Part shown: positions 1-12,476 of the stretch, one piece after another
Numbering within the stretch: position 1 is the stretch's first letter
Layout of the letters: each line of letters starts with the position of its first letter
Source of the DNA: Stegostoma tigrinum
Lineage: Eukaryota
DNA length: 64,000 nt
Direction: 5' to 3'
Assembly: GCF_030684315.1 (NCBI RefSeq)
Contig: NC_081379.1
Location: forward strand, 28,240,637 to 28,304,636
Position numbers and translations under genes: made by a program
Notes under the pieces: generated by a model
Told to the model about the DNA's origin: nothing
Database searches by the model: none
The model's input: only the letters and a program-made list of their open reading frames with translations

Positions 1-1181
1 ATTTACATTTTTATCTCATTTTCCTATTTAACAAATTGCCCTCCTCCAAGGCATTCCAGAAAAAAGTAAATGATGTTTAAAAGCAAGTAATTGTCCTTCA
101 CTTTGTTCTCCATAATTCAAGGCCTCATATTTTTCTCCTGAAAATTAAAGTAATCCCTCATAAATCTCTTCCCATTTAGTCAGAAACCAACTACGTGTCA
201 AAATTCTGATCTCCCTGCATGCAGCAAACTGATGGATGCCAAGAAATTGCATTCATTCTGATGACATATGGAGATGTCAGTACATTTTAAAGAAATCAAT
301 TTAATTCTCTCACTGCAATTTGGACAATCTGAGCAATGTGTGCTCTTTTTAAATCTTGGTTGGTATTGTGAGAGAAAATAAATCACCTTTTTCATTTTAA
401 AACTGGAGGAAATGCTCCTAATCACACTGAACAGCTACTTATAGGGAGCTCAAAGTTTCATTGTGATCCTGATTTATGACCAGTGGAGAGAAACTGGTCC
501 GAATATTAGCTATGCATTGTAGAAGTTCTGGAATATGAAATAAATGGATGAATTCAAAGGTTGCATCATACTGAATGTTGCAAACGACACAGTAAACAAA
601 GGGAATAATTTGATTATATATTGAGGGATCTGACAGTGTTTAAATTGGCTGCTGTGTTTCTGACATAACAACAGTACCTGGGCTTCAATAACAATTAAGG
701 GAAGTACCTTAAACTTATTGTTACAATAAGAAGCTACAATTGTACAAATTCATTTTTCCTATTTACTGCACAAAAAAATTGGACTGTAAAAACCAAATGA
801 ATACTTTCCAAAGGCATTGATTAGAGAAATCAATTTTCACGTGCTAAACAATGTTTGTCACAGGAGAGGTTGAGAGCATTTTAGTATAATTATGGCAATG
901 GTTCTTGACAATATAAACATTTAGGAATGATCACCTCTCTGGGTGCATTGATATATACTCTAGGAATGCTGATGGAGACCAGGGAAGACATTTTACCAAC
1001 TGCTACCAAGGTTCTGTGAGATGAGAAATCAATATCATTGCATGCACATGTGAAAAAAACCTTCACACTTCCAGAGCCACTACTCCAACAATCGATACAG
1101 CTAAAACAACTCAAAATTGGAAGTGACACCAGCTGGGTCCCAGCACCAAGCTTGGTACTGGAACCAGCAATGGTAAATCCA

Positions 1182-1413
1182 AAGATAGTAGGAACTGCCG
1201 ATGCTGGAGAATCCGAGATAACAAGATGTACGCAGCTGGATACACACAGCAGGCCAAGCAGCATCAGAACAGCAGGACAGCTGACGTTTCGAGTCTGGAT
1301 CCTTCTTCAGAAATCAGAAATCTCTGAAGATGGGCCCAGACCTGAAATGTCAGCTTCCCTGCTTCTCTGATGCTGCCTGGCCTGCTGTGTTTATTCAGCT
1401 CTACACCTATAAA
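1182..1413 (-). mobile_element. Penelope-like (family A) fold-back mini-insertion with HHR motif on both arms
   Basis: Matches the 3' end of the long PLE at 54583. Inverted arms meet at ~1311-1322. TSD ggtaaatcca at 1172-1181 and 1414-1423. Confidence 0.9.
1282..1313 (-). ncRNA. Minimal hammerhead ribozyme motif; core intact, weak stem II
   Basis: Minus strand reads ttCTGAAGA-aggatccagactc-GAAAC-GTC-ag. Confidence 0.55.
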
Positions 1414-1555
1414 GGTAAATCCAGCCTTATCCAAGCTGCAGAGTCCTCCTTACTCACATTAGGAGGTATATCTCACAGGCAGGTCAAGCAACAGCCTACA
1501 ATAGTCATACTCAGGGAATCAGACCTTCTATATCATGTCCCAAACAACACGATCA

Positions 1556-1760
1556 TGATAAAAACTGAAAGAACTGTGGATGCTGTAAATTGGGAACAAA
1601 CGGAAGTTGCAGGAAAAGCTCAGCAGGTCTAGCAGTAGATGTGAAGGGGAAAACAATTCAGAGTTAACATTTCAGTTCAAATCACCAGACCCAAAACATT
1701 GATTTTTTTTCTTCAGAGGCTGGCAGACCAGCTGAGCTTTTCCTGCAACTTCTCTTTTGG
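1556..1760 (-). mobile_element. Penelope-like (family B) fold-back mini-insertion
   Basis: Inverted arms gttgcaggaaaagctcagcaggtct / agaccagctgagcttttcctgcaac. Homologous to 37222 and 60352. TSD aacac(g/t)atca at 1546-1555 and 1761-1770. Confidence 0.75.
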
Positions 1761-1812
1761 AACACTATCACAATCCTTGGGTAGTTCTTCTCCAGCCAGC
1801 CAGAAACGGTGA

Positions 1813-1927
1813 CAGAGATAACGGGAAATGCAGATGCTGGAGAATCCGAGATAACAAAAAGTGTGGAGCTAGATGAACACAGCAGGCCAAGCAGCGTCTC
1901 AGGAGCACAAAAGCTGACGTTTCAGGC
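1813..1927 (-). mobile_element. PLE family A 3'-terminal stub, ending in HHR stem II
   Basis: gagataacgggaaatgcagatgctggagaatcc...aaaagctgacgtttcaggc aligns to 54583-54694. Confidence 0.85.
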
Positions 1928-1944
1928 AGGTCCAGGCTATATTC

Positions 1945-2003
1945 CTGAATACTATGAGCAATTTAGCATGACCAATCCACCTAGCCTGCAGATCTTTAGA
2001 CTG
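1945..2003 (-). mobile_element. HE1-type SINE fragment
   Basis: gcaatttagcatgaccaatccacctagcctgcagatctttagactg matches 47790-47836. Confidence 0.7.
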
Positions 2004-2039
2004 CAAAGTTCTGCATAGGGTCAATGTTTGGACTACAAC

Positions 2040-3762
2040 AATTCATGTTACACATGAACAATCTGAACAAAGGAACTGAGAGCATTGTTACTAAGTTTGT
2101 AGATGACACAAAGATAAACCATGAGATACAGAAGTAGAGTTAGGCCATTCAGCCCATCAGATCTCTGCTGCAATTCACTCATGGCTGATATGGTTCTCAA
2201 TCCATTCTCCTGGCTTCTCCCCTTTACCCTTGATCCCCTTACTAATCAAGAACCTCTTCAGCTCTGTCTTAAATACACTCAATGATGCGGACTCCCTGAA
2301 CCCTCTGTGGCAATGAGTTCCACAGGTTCACCACCCTCTGTCTGAAGGAATTCCTCCTCTCACAGTTCTAAAGGGTAGTCGTCTCATACTGAGGTTGTGC
2401 CCTTGGGTCCTAGTGTCTCTGACTGGTAGAAACATCTTCACGTCCACTCTATCCAGGCTTCTCGGAATCCTGTAAATTTCAACGAGCTGCCCCTCATCCT
2501 TCTAAATTCCATCACTTTCAGACTCAGTCTTCATCCACTCCTCATGTAACAAGCCCTTCAGCCCAGGACCATTTTAGGAAAGTTCTTCTGGACAGGCTCC
2601 AAGGCCAACACATATTTCCTTTGATGCAAGGCCCAAAAATGCTCACAATATTCCAAATGCTTTCTGACTAGAGCTATCTTTGTGTTATCTGCAAACTTAG
2701 CAACAAAGCCTTCATCCAGATCATTAATGTATAACATGAATAGTTGTGGTCCCAATGCTAACCCCTGCAGAGCACCAATAGTCACCAACCTATAGTATCC
2801 TGTCTTTTGCCTCCCTCCCTTCTTAAACAGCCACTTTCTAGTCCTCCGGGACTTCCCTCACTCAGTGATAGGCAGAGGGTCATGTAGTGTTGAGAAAGTG
2901 AGGAAGATGCAGAAGGACTTGGACAGGCTAGGAGAGTGGGCAAAGAAGTGGCAGGTGGAATATAACGTGGGAAAGTATAAGGTTATGCATTTTGGTAGAA
3001 TGAATTGAGGTTTAAACCATTTTCAAAATGGGGAATGGCTTTGGCAATCACAAGCACAAAGGGACTTAGGAGTTCTTGTTTAGGATTCCCTTAAAGTGAA
3101 TATGCAGGTTCAGTAGGCAATTTGGAAGACAAATGCAATGTTAGCATTCATTCCAAGACAGCCAAAATACAACAGCAAAGATGTATTGCTGAGGCTGTAT
3201 AAGGCTCTGATCAGTTGCAATTTTCTGGGCAGTTTTAGGCTCCATATCTAAGGAAGGATGTGTTGGCTTTGAGGGGATCCAGAGAAGGTTTACAAGAATG
3301 ATCCTTAGAATGAAGAGCTGGTCATGAGAGGAGCAGATCAGCATTCTGTGCTCAATGAAATTTAGAAGGGCAAGGAGGATCTCAGTGAAAATTACGAATA
3401 CTGAGAGGTCTGGATAGGGTGGACATGGAGAAAATGCTTTCACTAGTCGGGGAGGCCAGGACCTGAGTGCACAGCCTCAGAGGGACAACCCTTTAGAAAT
3501 GAGATGAGGAGGAATTCCTTCAGCCAGTGGCTGGTTAATCTGTGGAATATATTGTCACAGAAAGCTGTTGAGCTCACGTTGTTGAATGTATCTGAGACAG
3601 AGGTAAACAGGTTGTTGATTCATAAGAGGATCAAGGGTTATGGGGAGAAGGCAGGAGAATGTGACTGAGAAACATATCAGCCATGATCAAATAGTGGTGC
3701 AGACTCAATGGGCCGAATGCCTAATTCTGCTCCAAGATCTTGTTGCCCAGGGTCTTATGGTA
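2040..3762 (+). mobile_element. CR1-type LINE, 5'-truncated and degenerate, interrupted at ~2119-2870
   Basis: Translates to ..TKFVDDTKI, then after the interruption KMQKDLDRLGEWAKKWQVEYNVGKYKVMHFGR. CR1-like 3' end (gggccgaatgcctaattctgctcc..ggtcttatgg). Confidence 0.9.
2119..2790 (-). mobile_element. CR1-type LINE nested antisense inside another CR1, with internal deletion
   Basis: ORF 2558-2788 LQGLALGPQLFMLYINDLDEGFVAKFADNTKI is a CR1 RT motif. 3' tail at ~2120-2200. Confidence 0.85.
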
Positions 3763-3769
3763 AAAGAGT

Positions 3770-3912
3770 GATTCATTTTTGAGTACCAAGCATGAGTAAA
3801 GGGATATGGGGATAGGTGGGCAAATGGCATTGATATTAACTCTCAGCCATGATGGTAGAACAAAGTTGAAGGGGTGAGTGGCATAAACTTGTTTTTCTTT
3901 CTAATGTTCTTG
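3770..3912 (+). mobile_element. CR1 3'-end fragment, old
   Basis: aagggatatggggataggtgggcaaatgg..gccatgat..gaaggggtgagtggc resembles the other CR1 tails in the window. Confidence 0.6.
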
Positions 3913-4149
3913 CGAAGAATATCAAATGGTCAAAAAGTCATGCACGTAGGCATCCAATTTGAGAGCAAGGTTCTTAGTGAGAAATGCAATCTCAGAATAT
4001 CAGCCATGTCTTGTCAGGCAGATTTGTTGCATGGTGATGTCTTTCTCATTGATACGTGTTTCCCTGACCTCGTGGCATAGTCAAACCTGAACCGGTAAAA
4101 CTTGCTGAGGAAAAACAGGAAGTACAGTTGAGGCATAGAATGTGACCAT

Positions 4150-4460
4150 TGATTTGCAAAACGTGTTTAGTGTGCAATTGAGAAGACAGAAGGTAAATGA
4201 AATTTAATGCTGAAAAATGTGAACTGTTGCACTTCGATCAAAAATGTGAAATATAGCCTTATTAAAAGAATGGAATTAGGAGAAGTTTAGAAATAGACAT
4301 GAGAATGAAAGTAGTATATCATTTTCAGAAACTAGACTATTTGGCGAAGCTATTAAAAGCTTAATAGAGTGTGAGTACAAATTACCAGAGCAAAAGAATG
4401 CAGCTGTGGAAATTATGCTTAGACTTTACATTGTGTTGGTGAGACCACATCTCAAGTATT
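4150..4460 (+). mobile_element. Old CR1 RT fragment
   Basis: atgaaatttaatgctgaaaaatgtgaactgttgcacttc = MKFNAEKCELLHF; ttggtgagaccacatctcaagtat = LVRPHLKY. Confidence 0.65.
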
Positions 4461-4703
4461 CTTTTAAGATTCACATCGCATAAGTATATAGACATGTGTT
4501 AAAATGAGTATGTAACAGAGCAATTTCAATTTCGAAATTGAGGCTGGGCAGGAAACAGTGAAGTGATTATTAGTTGCCACTTAATGTCTCAACTGAATCT
4601 AAGGCAGGAAAGTGGGGAGAAAGACAATGGTGTAATGGTAATGATGCCGAGCTCATAATCCAAGGGGTCCAGGTTAATGCTCTGGGGACACAAGTTCCAA
4701 TTT

Positions 4704-5025
4704 GAGCAGCACGGTGGCTCAGTGCTTGGCACCGCTGCCTCACAGCATCAGGGACCTAGGTTCAATTCCAGCTCGGGCAACTGTCTGTGTGAAGTTTGCA
4801 CATTCTCCCAGAGTCTTTGTGGGTTTCCTCTGGGTAATCTGATTTACTCCCACAGTCCAAAGATGTGCCAGTCAGATGGATTGGACATCTAAATTGCCCA
4901 TTGTGTGCAGACTAGATGGATTTTCCATGGGAAGTGTAAGGGAAAGCGGGTCCTCTTCTTTGGAGGATTGCTGCAGTCTTGATGGGCTGAATGGCCTGCT
5001 TTGCCATTGTAGGGGTTCTATGAAT
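4704..5025 (+). mobile_element. HE1-type tRNA-derived SINE, preceded by the head of a second SINE type (~4622-4703)
   Basis: A box ggtggctcagtg, B box ggttcaattcc, core tcccacagtccaaagatgtgc, LINE-like tail gggctgaatggcctgct. Confidence 0.9.
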
Positions 5026-5061
5026 TGTATAATAGCAAACTTGGATTGTCAAATGAAATGA

Positions 5062-5470
5062 ATATTTATTGGTTGCGAGTCTTTGCGCTCCCTTTTCAAA
5101 TCACCTAAAGGACCTACTTCTCTGCTTCTGGTTGCACTTCAGCACAACACTGCTGATCTTCGGGCACCCGGTGTGGCGAGGCGTGGGCAGGTCCGAGGAT
5201 CTCCGCATGGGTCTGCTCCTGGCCTTGGCCAGGCTTGCTTTAAACAGGCCCAGGTAGTTGGCCGCGGAGGGGACTATTTCAGCCTGCCGCCCGCCCCTCT
5301 TCCCCAGCCATGTTCCAGCCCAGGTGTCTTTGAAGAGGGAGTATGTGGTGCCCACCAATGCTTTTGATGCCTTCAGGGGGACCGCAGTGGGTGGAGTGCT
5401 TTACATCCCCTTCCAGTGCTATTTTAATTTGATCCTTACTCTCCCCTTTCACTTTATTTCCCACGTAGGC
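5062..5470 (+). mobile_element. Tx1/L1-clade LINE ORF2 C-terminal fragment
   Basis: NHLKDLLLCFWLHFSTTLLIFGHPVWRGVGRSEDLRMGLLLALARLALNR resembles fish Tx1 ORF2 C-termini (recall). GC-rich relative to flanks. Confidence 0.7.
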
Positions 5471-8400
5471 ATTGGCCCCTACAGGGCTTTGCTTGTTCCT
5501 GGTTCACCAGCCAAGTGGGTGATTTTCCCAGTGTTGGAATATTGAACAAAATTATTTACACAAATGGTGTTTTAATTGAGTCCCTGTACCGACACACACA
5601 CACGGGTCGGGAAAATAAGGAGAAGGAAAAAATATAAACAAACGATTGAGAATTACAAAAATAAAATCAAAGGCAGGAAATATGGCCTAGAGCTCACCTG
5701 TTCCATGATAAAATTAGAGAGTGGTCACGGAGATGTGAAGTAGGATGGAGGATTTTGCAGGCCCAACACTCATTGGTCAGCGAGTGTTAATTTCTACTCA
5801 TGGAGCATTAATTGTTGTTTGTGTTTCAATTTTGCAAGAGCAATACTATACGTTTTCTACCAAAGTAAACGGCCCAAGGCTTGCAACATTTTTTATTCTG
5901 ACTAATCTTTCAGTGAAGCTGCCACTTGCTGGTTTGCCAGTTTCCAGATAGTTCCGAAGAAACACTATACCTTGCAGGGGATTCTACTACACAGTACAGT
6001 TTAAGTCCCTTCACGAACCTAGCCAAACATTTTCTGAACAATTTACATTCTGTGTTGCTATCAGAGTAGATTTGATTCCTTGGGTGGAATATTCCGTGCC
6101 CACATGAAGACCTAGTCATACTATCTCAAGAGTATGGGATAGATGTGGAATGTGCAAATATGTCCCCCTCCTTGACATAATGGTATTCTACCAGGGTCTG
6201 AATGGCTGACCGGTCTAATTGGCCAGGTTATCCATCCCTGGGGTGCTCAGTCAGGACAAAGACCTGTTAGTGTCCACTTAATTGCCTGATGGGCACCAAA
6301 TCTGGTGGGCTTCCCCCAAACAGTCAACAAGGGCTACTTGGCACTTTCGCAGGCAGTAGGCAAGACACTTGCTTCATAGCAAGGACTGTAGCAAATGTCA
6401 TTTCCTCTCCCAAAATAGTAATTGTTGCATGACAGGTTCAGTACACATTAAAAGTTAATCAGCATCATAAGAATCTGAGGTCAGCATGATCTTGACTTTA
6501 CTTGACATCAAATAAAAGCATTTTTAGCAAGGATTGAGCAATTGCGACTGATCTTCCTCTTCCTAATCCCAAAGTCCTACATTTGACTGTTGTGCAAGTA
6601 TCTTGGTTCTGATAAGACAACATTGCACAAAGCCAAGGCAACCCAACCATAACGCTTCAGGTTTACTGATGCTGGGCCGATATCTCTTCAAACAGAAGTA
6701 CTATCCCTTTGGCATTGAAATAACTGGTGCAATAAGCCTAGGAGGAGATAGCTGACAGCTAGAATGTAGTCAGTAACACCCAAAGGACCTGGATCCAAAC
6801 ATGCAAGACAAGAAAAGCTGTCAAACTAAGATTTCCATAACAGATTTCCACATCTCTGCCAAATAGCTACCCCAAGTACATATGCCCCAAAGTCCTTATT
6901 CATGAACTTGCAACTGTTCTATTGATGTCCTGGCCAAAGTATTCATGTAATCTTTACCAATATTTGAATGCTTGTCATTGCAACACAATCCTGCAGCAAA
7001 GCACAAATACAAACTATAACTTACACCAGAAATGCAGACACATATATCAAATTTTCCTATCGAAATGCATTGAACTTCTGCATATTCTTCCATTGCTGCA
7101 CAGAATGGGCTGCAAGTTAAGTATTTCATGAATCAATGAGCTGTCTCCCCTTGGAGCACCTCAAGATTGAGGCCTGAACCTTTGACAGGCCAACTTTGCC
7201 AAAGTATTGCCAGAGACCGGATTCAGGAATTCCTCCTGCCAAACCTAGCTTGCACTACTTTCACTGAGGTATCAATAGAGACAACTGCATACGTCAAATT
7301 GTCTTCAAACAAATTTCAGTTAGGAGAATTTCCAGAGCACCACTTGTAGTCTTTAGACTTTTGAGGAAAATGTAAGGTGTTCCTTGGGATGGACGATCAT
7401 AAAAAGTGGCTAAACTCTGTGGACTGTCAAGTGTTTGATAGAAATAAATCTCCTGCCCTTTAGATTTAAAAAAAGTCAATTTAAAATAATCACTGTTTAC
7501 AATTTCACCGAGCATTGACTTCTGCATGAGGTTTATCATTGCAGGGTTAATACTGGGGTTGCCATTGGGTCACAATTTGAAATGGGCCTGTATAGATTAC
7601 AAGTGTTCACAACTTGAAACATGCCACAGATGAGCAATCTGCTTGGTTGAACTGCCTCACTATGCCTTGGTTTACATTTTTACATTACTTTCCCTACTTT
7701 AAGGTTGCTTTAACCTTATTTGTGTACTGTTAACTAAAAGTTGGAAGTTAGTAGAAAGTAGAAACTCTTTGCCCTTATTCACAAATGAGCTCCATCTCCT
7801 ATGCCTATAAATACTTACTTTCTATAAGCTACTTTAGAAATTTACATTTTATGAAAGTACTGGAGTTGAAATACAATCCATAACGGTAGTTGTTCAATAG
7901 CAAATCAGTTCATGGCTTTCCAGTGAGGTCATTTCAAGACATTTTCTCCCCTCCCTGTACTGACGTCTGATCAATCCTAGACTCTTTTTTACATTGACCT
8001 CTTCATCGCTTGTGCTGACAGATCAGCATGGTGAATACTTGCTGAGTTGACATAGAGGGCTGTAAGGACAAAGAATGGTGACTGCGGACCGGGAATTACC
8101 ACTAAATTCACAGAGGGCCTGTTAAAAGCCATGAGGTTGGTAAAGAACCACAGGTTGGCATGGGGATATGAAGGACCATGGGAGTGGAGGGAACAGGAAG
8201 TGGCATGAATTGACGTGAATAATACATTGTGTATGAGGGAGAGGGCATGGATTTCACAGCTGTTTTTCATTTTATTCTTTCCCTGTCAAGCAGATCCTTT
8301 CAAATCAGCTCAGCTCAACACCCAGCAGCTCCTGTGGCTTCTTCCGCAGCGTTTCAGGGATTGTGGGTCCAAACCTGGTTCAGAAACACATGTCCAGAAT

Positions 8401-9234
8401 TAAGCTTTGAACATCTAGGGCACATTCACCCACGTGGTGCTTGGGGAGTCAAGTACCTTCTTGATTGCAATCTCAAGAACAAAATTTCAACAATTTAGCC
8501 CTACTAATCACTCTCAGGAATGTACAAGATCCACTGAAGAATGGTCCAGGCATTACATGCCTATTTGTGGAGGCCATGCTGGGCAACATTAGTCATAAGC
8601 CAATCAAATGGAGAATGGGAAGTTGAGGTTCCCTTAATCTTGGATCTGTTCTCGCGTTGCCCTGTGAGTTACTCAATCTGAAAATAAACTTAGAAGGGCT
8701 AAGGTAGAAAATCAGATTACAAAGTTTATGCTTGTAGCCCTTTGAGTTTTGACAATTAAGGAGTCTTTTAATCAGTGTGTTTAAGATGGTTAAACGATTG
8801 ACAAACTGTATTGTTAAGCTGAGAGTACCTAACAGTTTCTTTAAGGTCTAAACAAATTTAACACAGGTGATACATGCACTTTAATATGAAGCAAATTTAT
8901 TGGCTTAATCTGCTTTATATATATTACAGAAATATGCAAACTAATGAGTGAATTTATTAGCTGAAACTACACAATATATGTATGAATAAGTGAGTCTCAC
9001 ACTGCTTTCTATCCACTGGGGATTCTGGCAACGGTGGCACTCAGAGTTCTATCTCAGATCCCATGGCACTGGTCTCGTGATGGTGGAAAGGTGATGAATG
9101 AGGCAATATTAATACGATTCTTTGTCAAAGATTACATGCTGCATCTCCATTCCAGTACTTTTTCAGATATTCCATTATGCAGAAAAAAGTTGTAAATATC
9201 TCCAAGTGGCTGTGTTAACTGCATAATAAAATGG

Positions 9235-9393
9235 TTACCACAGATTTAGAAGGCATCTGGAAGGATATATGAATAGGGTTTAGAGGAAAATGGGCCAAAC
9301 GCTGGCAAACGGGACTAGATTTATCTAGGATATCTGGCCAGCACAGGCAATTAGATGCAAGGGTCTGTTTCCATGTTATACGTCTCTATGACT
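9235..9393 (+). mobile_element. HER1/CR1 LINE 3' end
   Basis: atttagaaggcatctgga..gggccaaacgctggcaaacgggactag..gggtctgtttccatg..ctctatgact. The tail is the reverse complement of the 30672-30730 tail. Confidence 0.8.
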
Positions 9394-9689
9394 TAGGCTC
9401 AATGACGATCAAAGTTATGCAGTTATCTCTCAGTCAAACAGGTATGTCTTTTTTTAAAACCAGGTCTACGCTCATGTTTGTACCACTTTGATTCATTGCT
9501 GTTCATTGCCAGGAGCAGTTAACCCTTAATGATAAACTCTTAATGCTCTAGTTCAAAGACATCAGCTTTAAGCCCAACACGACACAGGGCTAGATGGAAA
9601 CAATACTCAAGTCCAGAGCAAGAGGCGAGAATGTGAAAAGATATCAGCTATTCAGGGATGAGAACAGCAGTCAAGGTAAATTGTAAATT

Positions 9690-9845
9690 TAAAAACCGAG
9701 ACTGCAATGTTTAGGTGAAGGTATTAAGGATTCTGAAACCAACGCAGGTAGATGATATCAAGATGTAGATTAACCATGATGTAACTGAACGGTGGAACAG
9801 GTTTGAGGTGCAAAAATGTCGATTTCAATTCTCATGTTCTTATTC
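9690..9845 (+). mobile_element. Old CR1 3' end
   Basis: ggtattaagga..gcaggtagatg..ccatgatgtaactgaacggtggaacaggtttgagg..atgttctt. Confidence 0.6.
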
Positions 9846-9931
9846 TACAATACAAACAAGCCCTGAAGATATGGTGTGGAGCCAGCATGTTACCCTTCAT
9901 AGGCCTGAAAGCACAACTTGTCAAATCAGCT

Positions 9932-10008
9932 GATAGACAAACACAGTAGGTCAGGCAGCATCTAGAGGAAAGGAGCAGTCAATATTTTGGGTATTATCCA
10001 TCTTCAGG
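9932..10008 (-). mobile_element. Old PLE 3' stub ending at a degenerate HHR
   Basis: acacagtaggtcaggcagcatct..gtcaatattttgggtattatccatcttcagg; minus strand CTGAAGA..AAAT-ATT. TSD aaatcagct at 9923-9931 and 10009-10017. Confidence 0.6.
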
Positions 10009-11105
10009 AAATCAGCTATCATTTTCTCTGTCATCAATTTTCACAAGCACCAATACAGGGACACATGTTGCAGCAAATTTCAACGGTGAGGACCTTATGG
10101 AATTGTTTCGAGGTGACAGAAAAGATGGAAAGGTTGTCAGCACAGAAGTAGTAACTGGTTGCCCAGAGAGGCAAACCATTTTCTTCTGCTGGGGCCTTGT
10201 TTAAACATCCCAAATTCTGGATGGGCAAGAGAAGAATCCCAACTGAAGCAGGAATTACATGAGTCTCTCCAAAACACCCTCCATAGTCTGGCTGGTCACA
10301 CAGAGGAGCCCACTTGCAGTGTCTGTGCACTCAGTCCGAAAGGAATCACAGCACAGGAAGCTGATGTAGAAACACTGGCTGGAACACAGTCTGAGAGAAA
10401 GATTTGTAGATGAGTTGAAGGAAGGCGCAGAAGCAGGGCATAACTGAAGAAAGAGTTGGGCTGTTGTTACAGACCAACAGCACTCCTGGGCCATTCAGCA
10501 TTCCCATGAAAGTGTCAGCTGATATTCTGGAGTCATCAAACCACAATGGTATCGAGGATGGTGGAATCAGATTGAAGTTAATGATGTAGAACAACAAAGG
10601 GGAGCTTACATTTAAAAAAAGTTCATTTCCAGGGTTGTAATGGTAGGCAAGCACCAGGGTTTGTGAAAGGGACAAATCTGCGGCTTAGTCAATGTCAGGC
10701 TTCTTTATCAGTTATCTGTTGACATTAAACTCTTTGATACTGAGCATGTTGCCTATGCTAACATAGAAAGGGTGATAGCCATATGCATTGAGGGCATGAT
10801 AACCTTACCTGTGATAAAAAGGGCTGTCTCTATTGTGGATGTTCCATAGGGTGTCTTGAAATGAATGCACATATCTCCACACAGAACCAATGCTTCCAGA
10901 CGGTTTCATTAGTCATTGGCCAGGCTGTACCTGGGCCACCAGACAGTATGGATATTGCATTGAGGGTTAGATCTATATCATCTCTTCCAGTTGACATCCC
11001 CGGGCATGTCGGCTTTTGTTCTGTACAGCACCACGTATTCCATCAAGTGAGAATAGAAAGCAATGTTCATAACTTTCCAACATTTGGCTGGAAGAGCATG
11101 GACCC

Positions 11106-11150
11106 AGAGAGAGAGGGATGGAGACAGAGACACAGAGACACAGAGACACG
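11106..11150. repeat. (GA)/(GACA) compound microsatellite
   Basis: agagagagagggatggagacagagacacagagacacagagacac. Confidence 0.8.
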
Positions 11151-11568
11151 ACAGTTTGTGAGTTTAACCTGAGAGTCCCCATAGCTCAGGCAACATTGAG
11201 AAGACAGGGCTGTTGTGGTGGCTTCAACTAGTACAGGAATTGAACACATATCAGTGGTATCACTCTGCATGGTAGCTGAGTTGTTCTGCTAACGGCTCCC
11301 GAGTATATGTAAGTCAGAAAATTGTAGACCCCTAACTCAAGGTATAATTATTTGCAGATATCTTTCAGGCCAGGTAGATAGCCTCACATTGATGAAGTGC
11401 AATGATTTTAATTTTGGGAAGCAAACTCATTCAGAAATTCTCAGGTTTTATACCTCCTTACATCAAAATTTCCAAAGGCATTTAAACTCCAGGGCTGTGT
11501 GTTTAAAACATTGGGGCAGAGTCTGCTGTTAGTACTTAGGGAAGGGCACCAGTCAATTTCTAGACTTG

Positions 11569-11770
11569 AGAGAGATAATAGGAACTTGCAGATGCTGGAG
11601 AATCCGAGATAACAAGCTGTGTAGCTGGATGAATACAGCAGGCCAAGCAGCGTCTTAGGAGCAGGAAAGCTGACGTTTCGGGCCGAGGCCCTTCTGAAGA
11701 AATGTCAGCTTTCCTGCTCCTAAGATGCTTCTTGGCCTGCTGTGTTCATCCTGTTCCACACCTTGTTAAC
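11569..11770 (-). mobile_element. PLE family A fold-back mini-insertion
   Basis: Inverted arms join inside the HHR at ~11690-11700. TSD tttctagacttg at 11557-11568 and 11771-11782. Confidence 0.92.
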
Positions 11771-12299
11771 TTTCTAGACTTGCACTTGTCTAGAGACCAT
11801 CTAATGACAGTTTGTATGGTACGGTCCTGTCAGCCAAAGGTTCAAAGAGTGCAGCTTCTCAAATGAATATTTCAGCTATGCGCATGCAAAAACATTAAAG
11901 GAGTATTCCCTTAATCAACCCAGGTTGAATAGTTATTTCTGAGCAATCTGAATCAACAATTTAGGACCACATTTCTCACCCAATGTGGAGGATAAAAGTG
12001 CATCAAATGAACTTTAAAAGTGAATTTCTACCTCATCCCCATGGTTTGGCAGCAGAAACAATAATAAAGGTCAGCACAAAGGTGTTACATGTCATTTCAA
12101 AATGCTGTAGAATAAGTTATGTTTATTTTTACAACAGTGAATCATCATAATACGTTGACTATTAAATAATACGGTTGCTCAGTTATTATATCTAATAGTC
12201 AGCATGTTCTCAAAGGTAAGGAACACCATTGTAAAAGAGAAAATGTCTTTGTATGTATTACAGCACCTTCCTTCACTGGATAATGTGCTACTGAGAACT

Positions 12300-12476
12300 C
12301 AGAATCATTGAATCCCTACAGCATGGAAGCAGGCCATTTGGCCCATCGAGTCCATACCAACATTTCAAAGAGCATCCCACCTAGACGCACCACCTATCCT
12401 ATTTCTGCATTCCCCGCCCTGGACACTATGGGCAATTTAGAATAGCCAATCCACCTAACCTGCACATCTTCGGACT
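12300..12476 (-). mobile_element. HE1-type SINE 3' half
   Basis: aatccctacagcatggaagcaggccatttggccc..gggcaatttagaatagccaatccacctaacctgcacatct. Confidence 0.85.

Noticed and set aside
5532-6177. Possible solo LTR on the minus strand (TGTCAA...CCAACA with ATTAAA)
   Set aside because: The flanks (cccag / taatg) give no TSD and there is no second copy in the window.
10034-11270. Cluster of ORFs in a slightly GC-richer block
   Set aside because: No recognisable domain, frequent stops and no coherent splice pair. Possibly a decayed transposon, but unsupported.
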